The notes beneath the pieces were generated by a model. It did not search any database. It worked only from the letters and a program-made list of their open reading frames with translations, and was not told the DNA's origin. A stretch of 64,000 bases of DNA, taken from NCBI GenBank assembly GCA_039589315.1, contig JBDHHQ010000002.1:32001-96000 (forward strand), given 5' to 3'. This stretch comes from Gemmatimonadota bacterium (GTDB taxonomy: Bacteria; Gemmatimonadota; Gemmatimonadetes; Longimicrobiales; Gaopeijiaceae). Made by a program: the position numbers and the translations under genes. Of the stretch, positions 54,819 through 64,000 are shown piece by piece (the first letter of the stretch is position 1; every line of letters begins with the position of its first letter).

Positions 54819-56609
54819 TCAGTAGTCCACCGGACGCAGGTAGAACTCGCCGATGGCCGAAGAGGTGAGCATGGCCACGGTCGGCAGCTCTCTCTTCCAG
54901 TGGGTCGAGTTCAGCCGGCGCCAAACCAGCCACACCCGCGCCTCGTCGAAGCCATGACCGATGAGCTCGTCGGGACGGTACCCCTCGAGAAACCAGTGTA
55001 GCAGCGGATCCGCTCGGTTGTACGAGATCCCCAGCTCGTCCTCGTCGTGCACGCCGCGCACGAGGTCCGCCGAAGCCGGCTTCTCCACGATGACGTCCGG
55101 CACGCCCAGGTGGCGGGCCAGGCCCCACACCTGGGTCTTGAGCAGGTCCCCTAGAGGGTTGATCGGCGGCGAGTCGTCGGCGTGCCAGGTGAAGTATCCC
55201 AGTAGCCGCTCGCTCTTGTTCCCCGTTCCCAGCGGGAGTGCCCCGAGCTTGGCCGACTGGTCGAAGAGCGTCACGGCCCGGAAGCGGGCCGCCAGGTTCC
55301 CGCGGCGCAGTGGCGTGATGTCCGGCTCGTACGCCTCCACGTACGCGTCGACAGCGGGCGTGATCTCGATGGTATGGCTCCGCACGCCTGTAGCCTCGAT
55401 CACCTTCTGAGCGTGGTCCAGGCTCTCCTGGGACGAGGACGCGTAGGGCAGCCGAAAGGCCACCACGTTTTCCGGGCCCAGCGCCCGCGCGGCGAGATAA
55501 AGGGAGACGGACGAGTCCACGCCGCCGCTGGCCCCCAGGACGAGGCGCTCGAAGCCCCGCCGTCGAATCACCTCTTCACGGATGAACGCCAAGAGGGCCT
55601 CTTCGACGGACGTCCAGTCCAGCTCCAGAAACGACGTGTCTCCGGGTTTCGGCATGCACCCCGGCTGGCGATCGGTTCGGAGGCCCCGCAAGCCGCCACC
55701 GGCCTCCACGGGGCGCTCGTCGGGGGCGAGAGGCCGCCCCCGCCGAGTGCGCTCGAGGGCCTCCTGGAGGTGAGGCAGCATCTGCTCGAGGTCGGCGAGC
55801 AACGGGGAGCCGCCCCTGGCCCGGTCCAATTGGGCGCCCTCGAGCGATGCCGTGGCCACGCCCTCGTCCAGAAACGGGCCCCGCACGAGCTCCTTTCCGT
55901 CGGGTCCGAAAACCATGGAGCAGCCGGGGAAGAGCTTGCCCCCTTCGGATCCCACGAGCTGGCTCACGGCCACGAAGACGCCGTGCTCCTCGGCGACGCT
56001 CCGTGCCAGTCCCTCCCAGCGCACGACGCTACCGGGTCGCCCACCGACCCGGAAGTCCCGCGCCGGAGATGCGCTCACGCAGACGATGAGCTCGGCGCCA
56101 TCGAGGGCGAGGACCGTCGGCGGCAGCGAATGCCACATCTCCTCGCAGACCAGCATCCCCACTCTGCCCAGGCGAGTATCGAACGCCTCGAGCGCGGTAC
56201 CGGCCTCCACGAAGCGGGCTTCCTGGAAGACGCCGTAGGTAGGCAGGAACATCTTTCGGTGCACGTGCACGGGAACCCAGCCGCCGCCCCGCGGCGCGAG
56301 GTAGGCCACGCTGTTGTAGAGGCGCCGCCGCCATCGCTCGTAGAAGCCGATGACCACATCGGGGCCGTCCGCGCCGCTTGCGCCGAGACCCGCCGCCAGC
56401 TCCTCGGCGGAGAGCGCGACCTCGGCCACGCCCCCTTCCAGGAAGTACCCCGACGCGGCGGTCTCCGGGAAGACCAGAAGATCCTGCTGCCCGGAGTGGC
56501 CCTGGACGAGGTCCTGGATGCGAGCGAGGTTGGCCCCCACATCGGCCTTCACGGGCTTGAACTGAATGAGCCCGACGGAAAGCGGCGCGTCCTGAATCCG
56601 TGGATCCAT
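54819..56609 (-). CDS. nadE: Glutamine-dependent NAD+ synthetase
   Basis: Nitrilase triad FPE / RKMFLPTY / VCEE; SGGVDSS, GNKSE, LLKTQV, SADL. Confidence 0.93.
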   Translation of the reverse strand: MDPRIQDAPLSVGLIQFKPVKADVGANLARIQDLVQGHSGQQDLLVFPETAASGYFLEGGVAEVALSAEELAAGLGASGADGPDVVIGFYERWRRRLYNSVAYLAPRGGGWVPVHVHRKMFLPTYGVFQEARFVEAGTALEAFDTRLGRVGMLVCEEMWHSLPPTVLALDGAELIVCVSASPARDFRVGGRPGSVVRWEGLARSVAEEHGVFVAVSQLVGSEGGKLFPGCSMVFGPDGKELVRGPFLDEGVATASLEGAQLDRARGGSPLLADLEQMLPHLQEALERTRRGRPLAPDERPVEAGGGLRGLRTDRQPGCMPKPGDTSFLELDWTSVEEALLAFIREEVIRRRGFERLVLGASGGVDSSVSLYLAARALGPENVVAFRLPYASSSQESLDHAQKVIEATGVRSHTIEITPAVDAYVEAYEPDITPLRRGNLAARFRAVTLFDQSAKLGALPLGTGNKSERLLGYFTWHADDSPPINPLGDLLKTQVWGLARHLGVPDVIVEKPASADLVRGVHDEDELGISYNRADPLLHWFLEGYRPDELIGHGFDEARVWLVWRRLNSTHWKRELPTVAMLTSSAIGEFYLRPVDY

Positions 56610-56876
56610 GTGTGGTCCCGTGTGCTGGCGGATGCGCCGCGACGCCGTGGAGACGAACCGCGGCGTTTCCGCGGGCAGTCGTCGCAGCGGGGTGCGATCC
56701 CGCCGGGTTCCGGCCGATAATCTGAAGAACGGGGAACGCGAAAACCCTTGCAGCGATCCCACAGGGGGGAAAATACTCGAAACGAGGGCCTCGCGCCGGA
56801 TCTCGCCGATCCTGGAACGCCGTCGCCGCCCCCGGGGTTAAACTTCCGACATGTCTGCCGGCCGGAGAGAGTATCG

Positions 56877-58478
56877 ATGACCAGGACGTTGCCAGTCCTC
56901 CTCGCGCTCGTCGCGACGGCGTTTCCGTTGGGCGCAGCGGGGCAATCCAGCGATGCATCCTCCCCCCGGTGGGAGTCGTCTCGATCCGGTACGGCCGGTA
57001 CCGCCGAGGAGGAGGTCTTCCTCGGAGCCTTCGAGACCATCGCGGACTATCACCTCGCGACGTTCTCGGACTCGGCCTTGTGGGACCGGGCGCTCGACGG
57101 CCTCCTGAGCGCCATCGACGACCCATACGCGACGGTCTTCTCTCCCGAGGAGTACAGCCAGTTCGAGGAGCAGACCACCGGCAACTACGCCGGCATCGGC
57201 GTGACGATCACGCAGCTCAGCGACGCCGTCACCATCACGGGAGTCTTCCGCGGCACCCCCGCGGATCGCGTCGGCCTTCAGGTCGGTGACATCATCGTCG
57301 GCGTCGACGGAGACAACGCCACCGAGTGGACGGTGAGGGACGCGTCCGAGCGGATCCGCGGCGAGGTGGGGACCACCGTAGAGGTGAGCGTGGCGCGGGA
57401 AGGGTATAACGGCCCCATCCCCCACTCCATCAAGCGGGACAACGTCCACGTGTCGGCCGTCCGAAGCGGAGTGCTGCCCGGTCAGGTGGGCTACGTCGCC
57501 ATCGATCGCGTGGCCCGCAACTCGGCTCGGGAGGTGGGACAGGCCATGCAGGGCATGGCTACGGCGGACGGGGTGATCATCGACCTACGACGCAATCCCG
57601 GCGGATACCTGGACGAGTCACTCTTCATGGCCGATCTGTTCCTCGCCCCCGGCCAGAAGCTCGCCTCGACCCAGAGCCGAGACCCACGGAGCGGCGGGCA
57701 GCGCGAGGAGTCGTGGGACGCTCGTACCCCGCCCCTGCTCCCTGACGTGCCCATCATCATTCTGGTAGACCGGTATACCGCCTCGGCGGCGGAGATCGTC
57801 ACGGGTGCGCTGCAGGATCACGACCGGGCGCTGGTGCTCGGCGAGCGGACCTTCGGCAAGGGCGTCGTCCAGACGCTGATGCCACTCCCCCGGGGATACC
57901 AGATCCGCCTCACCACCGGATCTTGGCACACACCGCTAGGCCGATCTCTGCACCGGCCCCGCGACGGCTCGGGTCGGCCCGCGGCCGAGGACCTGGACGC
58001 GATCCCGGCGGTCACCACCGAAGCCGGTCGTGACCTGTTGGCCGGGGGTGGCATCTTTCCCGATCTCGAGATCGAGAACGACACGCTCCGCGTCGTGGAA
58101 CGGGAGTTGGTGGCAGCGGCGCAGAACGCCGAGGTCCCACTCGGGCTTCGCATCGAAGAGTTCGCGTTCGCCCGTGCACAGGAAGCGCGGAACGGCGAGG
58201 CCGACCCCGAGATCACGCCAGAGGACTTCCAGACGTTCGTGGACGGCCTGCTGAGCGAAGGCCTCCCCACGGAGGTCCTGGAGGACCCCACAGCCCTCGC
58301 CTACTTGAATTGGCAGACCCGGATCTCACTGGCGGAGCGCCTGGAGGATTTCGTGCTCGCCACCGAGCACCGGATGGAGCGGGACCGCGTGTTGACCGAG
58401 GCGGTCCGCCTGTTGACGGTGACGGACACGCAGACGGACCTCTTCCAGGTCGCCTTCCGGGATGGCGAAGGGCCGTAA
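56877..58478 (+). CDS. ctpA: Carboxyl-terminal processing protease (S41, PDZ)
   Basis: DPY, GIG, DLRRNPGG, TASAAEIVTGALQD, TFGKG. Confidence 0.92.
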   Translation: MTRTLPVLLALVATAFPLGAAGQSSDASSPRWESSRSGTAGTAEEEVFLGAFETIADYHLATFSDSALWDRALDGLLSAIDDPYATVFSPEEYSQFEEQTTGNYAGIGVTITQLSDAVTITGVFRGTPADRVGLQVGDIIVGVDGDNATEWTVRDASERIRGEVGTTVEVSVAREGYNGPIPHSIKRDNVHVSAVRSGVLPGQVGYVAIDRVARNSAREVGQAMQGMATADGVIIDLRRNPGGYLDESLFMADLFLAPGQKLASTQSRDPRSGGQREESWDARTPPLLPDVPIIILVDRYTASAAEIVTGALQDHDRALVLGERTFGKGVVQTLMPLPRGYQIRLTTGSWHTPLGRSLHRPRDGSGRPAAEDLDAIPAVTTEAGRDLLAGGGIFPDLEIENDTLRVVERELVAAAQNAEVPLGLRIEEFAFARAQEARNGEADPEITPEDFQTFVDGLLSEGLPTEVLEDPTALAYLNWQTRISLAERLEDFVLATEHRMERDRVLTEAVRLLTVTDTQTDLFQVAFRDGEGP

Positions 58479-58509
58479 CCCCTGGCTAGAGCGCCACGGC
58501 GACACCTCC

Positions 58510-58539
58510 GACGCCCCGAGGACTTCTCCTCGGGGCGTC
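58510..58539. terminator. 13-bp perfect hairpin, probable terminator between convergent ctpA and xerD
   Basis: GACGCCCCGAGGA-CTTC-TCCTCGGGGCGTC. Confidence 0.7.
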
Positions 58540-58657
58540 TGTCGTCTGGGGCTCCGATTCGGCCCGGATGGGCGCCTCCGCAGGATCTCGGGCCCGGTGG
58601 TGGAGGGGGAGCTCTGGACCATTCCGGGCTGGCCCCGACCCCATGGCGATCTGGTGC

Positions 58658-58822
58658 TAGCGTGGTGCTGCAGAAGTCTGGTAGCCACCGAGGAGGCCGA
58701 TGCGCCCGAGCCGGCAAGGCGCGGAGACGAGTAATAGCAGCGCTATTGCGAGGAACCGCAACGCCGCCGGGCGGGATGCAGCTGATCTCGAATAGCATCA
58801 CGACTCTTGCAGCACCACACTA
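58658..58822. mobile_element. Putative MITE (165 bp, 21-bp terminal inverted repeats)
   Basis: TAGCGTGGTGCTGCAGAAGTC (58658-58678) versus GACTCTTGCAGCACCACACTA (58802-58822), 18/21 complementary; TA at both ends. Confidence 0.55.
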
Positions 58823-59719
58823 CGCCCTCGGGTGGTACTTGCGGTGGACGCTCGTGAGGTACTCCCGGTCGACGTGGGTGTAGATCTGCGTCGTCGATAT
58901 GTCGGCGTGGCCCAGCAACTCCTGGACCGCCGCGAGGTCCGCTCCCCCCTCCAGCAGATGGGTGGCGAAGGTGTGCCGCAGGGTGTGGGGCGACACCTTC
59001 TTGCCGATACCAGCCCGCTCCGCTGCCTGATGTACGACGCTCCACACCGACATGCGGGACAGCGGCCGGCCCCGGCCGCTCAGGAACACCCTTCCCTGGC
59101 CCCGCCCCCGGTCGAGGTGGGGCCGCACCTCCCGGAGATAGGTGCCCACCGCCTCCCGGGCGGCACGTCCCACCGGCACGATCCGCTCCTTCGAGCCCTT
59201 TCCGAAGACCACGCACACCGCCTCGTCGAGGTCCACGTCGACCACTCCGAGATCCACCAGCTCCGAGACCCGCACCCCCGTCGCGTAGAGAAACTCCAGG
59301 ATGGCCCGATCGCGCCAGTAGAGGGCCTTGGCGGCGTCGGGTGCTTCGAGTAACGCCAGGACGTCCTCTACGGACAGGACCTCCGGCAGCCGCCGCCAGG
59401 CCCTGGGCGTCTCGAGACGGTCCGAGGGGTCCGCGTCGAGCGCTCCTTCCTGGAGCAGGAACCCGAAGTAGCTACGCAACGAAGATTGGGCTCTCCGGAT
59501 ACTGGCCGGTGCCAGGCCGGAGTCCTTCAGATGATACATGAACTCTCGCAGGTCCTCTGGCGCGAGATCGGTCGGGCCCTGGGCCCCCCGCCCCTGGGCA
59601 AACCCGATCAGGCGCTCCACGTCCCTGCGGTAGGCCCCCAGGGTCCGGTCGGAAAGCCCCCGCTCGAAGACCAGAAAGTCCACGAACTGCTCGATGCGAA
59701 ACGGGAGAGGTACGCTCAC
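58820..59719 (-). CDS. xerD: Tyrosine recombinase XerD
   Basis: ERGLS..T..AYRRD, LYATGVRVSEL, GKGSKERIVP, SPHTLRHTFATHLL, LLGHADISTTQIYTHV. Confidence 0.88.
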   Translation of the reverse strand: MSVPLPFRIEQFVDFLVFERGLSDRTLGAYRRDVERLIGFAQGRGAQGPTDLAPEDLREFMYHLKDSGLAPASIRRAQSSLRSYFGFLLQEGALDADPSDRLETPRAWRRLPEVLSVEDVLALLEAPDAAKALYWRDRAILEFLYATGVRVSELVDLGVVDVDLDEAVCVVFGKGSKERIVPVGRAAREAVGTYLREVRPHLDRGRGQGRVFLSGRGRPLSRMSVWSVVHQAAERAGIGKKVSPHTLRHTFATHLLEGGADLAAVQELLGHADISTTQIYTHVDREYLTSVHRKYHPRA

Positions 59720-60360
59720 GTCTTCCCTCCCCCGCCCTTGCTACGCCGGCGCTCGTCGTGATGGCGCCGGGTCCGGTGCCAGGCCCACGCCACGAGAACC
59801 CCGAGGGCCAGGGCGACCGCGAGCATTATCCGGTTCACGCCTGAGAGCCACCCTACGATGATGTCGAGGTTCTGCTCGGTCACGGCCCCCAACCAAACGA
59901 GGGCGCCGTACCAGATCCCCGAGGCGATGGCCAACGGCGGCGCGACTTCCAGGAAGCGTCGGTGCGTGACCCCGGCGAAGACAGGCACGACCGCCCGGAA
60001 CCCGGGAAGGAAGCGCGTGAAGAAGATGGCCAGCAGGCCCCAGCGGGCGTAGAAGTCGCCGAGCAGCGAGAGTTGGCGACTGTTCAGCAGCCGCTTCCCC
60101 CACCCGTGCTCGAAAAAGGGCCGGCCGTACACGTGACCCAGGCGGTAGACGATCAGGGCGCTCCCCACGTTGGCGGTCCACGTAGCGACGAAGACCCACC
60201 GGGGATCCCCGGCCCCTGCGGAGGCGAGGAAGCCACCCAGAAGGACGAACGTGTCGGCCGGGATCGGTGGGAAGACGTTTTCCAACGCGGCCCCGAGCCC
60301 CAGCAGCGCGTAGACCAACGCCTGGGGTAGGCCATCGAAGAACTGGATGATCGGATCCAT
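59716..60360 (-). CDS. DedA family membrane protein
   Basis: ENVFPPIP, GGFL, RFLPGFR. Confidence 0.9.
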   Translation of the reverse strand: MDPIIQFFDGLPQALVYALLGLGAALENVFPPIPADTFVLLGGFLASAGAGDPRWVFVATWTANVGSALIVYRLGHVYGRPFFEHGWGKRLLNSRQLSLLGDFYARWGLLAIFFTRFLPGFRAVVPVFAGVTHRRFLEVAPPLAIASGIWYGALVWLGAVTEQNLDIIVGWLSGVNRIMLAVALALGVLVAWAWHRTRRHHDERRRSKGGGGKT

Positions 60361-60399
60361 GTGCGGCCCGGCGCCAACCCTCGCAGCGCCTCTGGCGAG

Positions 60400-60927
60400 C
60401 TACAGCAGGAAGCTCGTCTCGCGCTGCTCGCCTTCCCGGTGTGTCTCGCCGAGCGACCGGATCAGCGCCACGGCGTGGACGGCCAAGCCCTCTCCGGCCC
60501 CCGTCCAACCAAGGCCGTCATTGCTCTTTCCCTTCACCGATACGTTGGCGGCGCCTACACCCAGGACTCGGCCCAGCTTCTCCCGCATGTGGGGCGCGAC
60601 AGGCCCGATCCGCGGCGCCTCGCAGATGACGGTGACGTCCACGTTGACGACCTCGTAGTTCCTGCTCCGGAGGAACCCGACGGCCCGCCGCAGCAACTCG
60701 ATGGAATTGGCGCCCTTCCATCGATCTTGGCTCGACGGAAACAGCTCACCGATGCTCCCGGCCGCCGCGGCCCCGAGCAGGGCGTCCAGAATGGCGTGGG
60801 AGACCGCATCGCCGTCCGAATGCCCCTTCAAGCCCGGATGGTCGGGGATCTCGATGCCGCCCAGGATGAGGGGACGACCCTCCTCGAAGCGGTGCGAATC
60901 GTATCCGGTCCCGATCCTCATGCCCAT
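60400..60927 (-). CDS. ispF: 2-C-methyl-D-erythritol 2,4-cyclodiphosphate synthase
   Basis: RIGTGYDSH, GHSDGDAVSHAILDALLGA, NVSVKG. Confidence 0.96.
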   Translation of the reverse strand: MGMRIGTGYDSHRFEEGRPLILGGIEIPDHPGLKGHSDGDAVSHAILDALLGAAAAGSIGELFPSSQDRWKGANSIELLRRAVGFLRSRNYEVVNVDVTVICEAPRIGPVAPHMREKLGRVLGVGAANVSVKGKSNDGLGWTGAGEGLAVHAVALIRSLGETHREGEQRETSFLL

Positions 60928-60942
60928 GCGCCTCCCGGTGCC

Positions 60943-62211
60943 TCAGGCTTCCCAGCGCCGCACGGCCAGACACACGTTGTGCCCGCCGAATCCGAACGAG
61001 TTTGACAGCGCCAGCCGTACGGGCCGCTCCACCATGCCGTGGTGTGCGTAGTCCAGATCGCAGTCCGGGTCGGCCTCACTGAAGTTGATGGTGGGGGGGA
61101 TCTTGCCGTCGCGGCAAGCGAGCGTCGCGACGACCGCCTCCACGGCGCCTGCCGCTCCCAGCAGATGGCCCGTCATGGACTTGGTGGATCCGACCACCAA
61201 CGTCTCGGCCGAATCTCCGAACACCGATCTGATGGCGGCCGTCTCCCGGGCATCGTTCTGCGGCGTGGAGGTCCCGTGGGCATTGATGTAGTCCACGTCC
61301 TGCGGAGCGGCTCCCGCGTCGTCCAGTGCCATCCGCATGGCGTGCTGGGCCCCCTTGCCTTCGGGGTGCGGCGACGTGATGTGATAGGCGTCCGCCGATA
61401 GGCCGTAGCCGGCGATCTCGCCGAGGATGGCGGCACCACGGTCCTGCGCGTGCTCCAACGACTCCAGGATCAGAGCGCCGGCACCTTCTCCGATCACGAA
61501 CCCGTCTCGGCCGGCGTCGAAAGGCCGGCTCGCGGCCGCCGGGTCGTCGTTGCGGGTCGACATGGCCTTCATCGATGAGAAGCCGGCGATCGTCAGCGGC
61601 GTGATCGTGGCCTCGGCTCCCCCAGCGATCATGCGGTCGGTGTCTCCCCGTTCGATGGTGCGGGCCGCCTCACCGATGGCGTGGGCGCTCGAGGAGCACG
61701 CGGAGACCGTGGCGAAGTTGGCCCCCATGGCCCCGTAGCGGATCGAGATGAGCCCCGCCGCAATGTCGGGAATGAACATGGGCACGAAGAAGGGACTCAC
61801 CCTACCGGGCCCCCGTTCGATGAGCGTCCGGCTTTGCTCCTCGAACGTGGCGATCCCTCCGATGCCGCTTCCGAATATCACCCCGAAACGCTCCGGTACG
61901 ACACCGTCGTCCACATCGACGAGACCGGCGCTCCTCATGGCCTCCTCGGCCACGACGATCGCGAACTGGGCGAAGCGGTCGTAACGCCTGGCCTCCTTCC
62001 GGTCCAGAACGGGAGAGGGGTCGAAGTCCTTGACTTCACAGGCGATACGCGTGGTAAAAGCCTCGGTCGCCTCGAACCGGGTGATGGTGCTGGCACCGCT
62101 GGTGCCTGCAAGGAGCCGTTCCCAACTCGTTGCCACGTCGTTGCCGACGGGCGTGATCATGCCGAGACCAGTGATCACCACCCGCCTACGGCCGTTCGTG
62201 CCGCTACTCAT
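60943..62211 (-). CDS. fabF: Beta-ketoacyl-ACP synthase II
   Basis: RRVVITGLG, SACSS, DAYHIT, NAHGTST, KSMTGHLLGAAG, SNSFGFGG. Confidence 0.97.
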   Translation of the reverse strand: MSSGTNGRRRVVITGLGMITPVGNDVATSWERLLAGTSGASTITRFEATEAFTTRIACEVKDFDPSPVLDRKEARRYDRFAQFAIVVAEEAMRSAGLVDVDDGVVPERFGVIFGSGIGGIATFEEQSRTLIERGPGRVSPFFVPMFIPDIAAGLISIRYGAMGANFATVSACSSSAHAIGEAARTIERGDTDRMIAGGAEATITPLTIAGFSSMKAMSTRNDDPAAASRPFDAGRDGFVIGEGAGALILESLEHAQDRGAAILGEIAGYGLSADAYHITSPHPEGKGAQHAMRMALDDAGAAPQDVDYINAHGTSTPQNDARETAAIRSVFGDSAETLVVGSTKSMTGHLLGAAGAVEAVVATLACRDGKIPPTINFSEADPDCDLDYAHHGMVERPVRLALSNSFGFGGHNVCLAVRRWEA

Positions 62212-62247
62212 GAAACCGCGGAGCGAAGGCGACGCGACCCCTTCGGC

Positions 62248-62490
62248 TCAACCCTCGCCGTGGCTCTCGAGGTACTTGACGGCATCGCCGACGGTTCGCA
62301 TCTGCTCGGCGTCCTCGTCCGGGATGTCGAGTCCGAACTCCTCCTCGAATGCCATGACGAGCTCGACCGTGTCCAGCGAGTCGGCCCCCAGGTCCTCGAC
62401 GAACGAGGCCTCGGCCGTGACCTTTTCGGCCTCGACGCCCAGCTCGTTGATGATGATCTCCTTGACCTTGGCCTCAATGCTGTCCGCCAT
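62248..62490 (-). CDS. acpP: Acyl carrier protein
   Basis: [20 protein letters not shown]. Confidence 0.98.
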   Translation of the reverse strand: MADSIEAKVKEIIINELGVEAEKVTAEASFVEDLGADSLDTVELVMAFEEEFGLDIPDEDAEQMRTVGDAVKYLESHGEG

Positions 62491-62550
62491 TTTCCCCCCT
62501 CTTGGGTGGTGTGTGTGATCTATCGTTCGAGGTCTGCTCGACCCGCTGGC

Positions 62551-63312
62551 CTACATGACCATGCCGCCATCCACAGTAACGACCTGGCCGGTAATGTAGT
62601 GAGCTTCGGGTCCCGCGAGAAAGCGCACCAGATGGGCCACATCCTCGGGCTCGCCGAGTCGGCCCAGCGGGATGCGGCCGGCGAGATCCGCCACCGCTTC
62701 TTCGGGCAGCCCTGCCGTCATATCGGTGTTGATGAAGCCCGGCGCAACCGCGTTGCAGCGAACGCCGCGTGAGGCCAGCTCACGCGCCACGCTCTTCGTG
62801 AGCCCCAACAGGCCCGCCTTGGAGGCGGCGTAATTGGACTGACCGGCATTCCCTATGAGGCCCACCACCGAAGTGACGTTGATGATCACGCCCTCTCGTC
62901 GCTTCATCATTCCCCGCGCCACTGCACGAGTCATGTTGAAGGCGCCCTTCAAGTTGACATTGATGACATCATCCCAATCCTCATCTTTGAGGCGCGCCAG
63001 GACGTTGTCGCGCGTGATGCCGGCGTTGTTCACCAGGATGGCCACCGGCCCCAGATCGCCCTCGACGGAGCCGATCAGGTCCCGAACCCCCTCTGCGTCG
63101 GCTACGTCGCACGCGTAGCCCCGATGCCCATCGCCCGAGAGGCTCCCCGCCACCTCGGCCGCGCGCTCGCCGTTTCGAGCGACGACGGCCACCCTGGCTC
63201 CCGCCTGTGCAAGGACCCGACTCACGGCCAACCCGATCCCGCGTGAGCCGCCGGTCACGACGGCCGTTCGTCCACCCAGCGGCTGCAGCCCACCACCGTG
63301 TCGTTCGTTCAC
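62551..63312 (-). CDS. fabG: 3-oxoacyl-ACP reductase
   Basis: TGGSRGIG, NNAGITRD, NYAASKAG, APGFI; GTG start at 63312. Confidence 0.96.
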   Translation of the reverse strand: MNERHGGGLQPLGGRTAVVTGGSRGIGLAVSRVLAQAGARVAVVARNGERAAEVAGSLSGDGHRGYACDVADAEGVRDLIGSVEGDLGPVAILVNNAGITRDNVLARLKDEDWDDVINVNLKGAFNMTRAVARGMMKRREGVIINVTSVVGLIGNAGQSNYAASKAGLLGLTKSVARELASRGVRCNAVAPGFINTDMTAGLPEEAVADLAGRIPLGRLGEPEDVAHLVRFLAGPEAHYITGQVVTVDGGMVM

Positions 63313-63316
63313 GCCT

Positions 63317-64000
63317 TCACCCTCCCAGGGCCTGGACGTCGTCGGGCGCGCCCACCGACGTGCATGGAATGCCCTTCGCGTTGCGGCGGTTGAGACCGCA
63401 CAGAACCGAGCCCGGCCCCAACTCGAGGAAGCGGTCGACGCCCGCATCCACCATGCTGCCGATGGAGGCCGACCATCGGACGGGAGATGTCAGCTGACGG
63501 ATGAGCAGGGCTCGGGCGTCCGCGCCGGTGGTCACCGCCGCGGCGGTCACGTTGGACACGATAGGGTGAACGGGATCACGGAAGTCCAGCGCTGCCAGGT
63601 ATGCCCCCAGACCCTCCTCCGCCGGAGCCATGAGCGGAGAGTGGAACGCCCCCGACACGTTCAGCGGCACCGCCCTCCTCGCCCCGGACTCCAGTGCCAG
63701 TTCCATCCCCCGCTCCACGCCGCGGACGTCGCCGCTCAGAACCACCTGGCCACGCGAGTTGAAGTTGGCAGGGACGCAGGTCCCGCCCGAATCCGCGCTC
63801 GCCCTCCTGCAGACGTCCTCCGCGGCCTCGTCCGCCAATCCCAGTATCGCGGCCATCGTGCCCGGCCGCTCCTCGCCCGAGGCGAACATGAGCTCGCCGC
63901 GGAGGCGCACCGCGCGAACGGCGTCGGAGAACTCCAGTACGCCGGCGGCCACCAGTGCCGAGTACTCCCCCAGGGAGTGCCCGGCGGCGTAGGCGACCGG
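63317..64000 (-). CDS. fabD: Malonyl-CoA:ACP transacylase (5' part outside the window)
   Basis: GHSLGEY, VSGAFHSPLM, SPVRW, ELGPG. Confidence 0.95.
   Translation of the reverse strand, partial: PVAYAAGHSLGEYSALVAAGVLEFSDAVRAVRLRGELMFASGEERPGTMAAILGLADEAAEDVCRRASADSGGTCVPANFNSRGQVVLSGDVRGVERGMELALESGARRAVPLNVSGAFHSPLMAPAEEGLGAYLAALDFRDPVHPIVSNVTAAAVTTGADARALLIRQLTSPVRWSASIGSMVDAGVDRFLELGPGSVLCGLNRRNAKGIPCTSVGAPDDVQALGG

Noticed and set aside
58820..59719. Recombinase as a phage or integron integrase
   Set aside because: XerD-type motifs, no IntI-specific insertion, and embedded in a housekeeping operon.

Overview
High-GC bacterial chromosomal segment. The gene content (receptor Ser/Thr kinase fusion, Big_2/LVIVD surface proteins, paired YfhO genes, Lpt operon) suggests Gemmatimonadota or a related FCB-group diderm; this is inference only. 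The first ~700 bp look like the right end of a genomic island: an integron attC site, a truncated TIR-domain gene and a duplicated tRNA-Ser 3' end. About 0.8-26 kb holds accessory and metabolic genes. A canonical 28-bp dif site lies at 26268-26295, and KOPS polarity flips there, so the window probably spans the replication terminus. Next come a 14-kb envelope glycosylation cluster (2 YfhO-like GT-C, 2 GT4, 2 GT2 including a Ppm1-like enzyme, a flippase-like protein, 2 SAM methyltransferases, WecB, PlsC) and kdsB-pyrG-lptC-lptA-lptB-rpoN. The right end carries DPP-IV, nadE, ctpA, xerD, dedA, ispF and fabF-acpP-fabG-fabD. The best candidate for an undescribed system is a Bacteroidota-like protein O-glycosylation pathway: the giant LptA-like protein carries about 25 D-[S/T]-[A/I/L/M/T/V] sequons, many in an 81-bp tandem repeat, next to the lipid-linked glycosylation cluster. 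LptB also has an unusual ~145-aa N-terminal domain. All product calls come from motif reading by eye; no database search was run.
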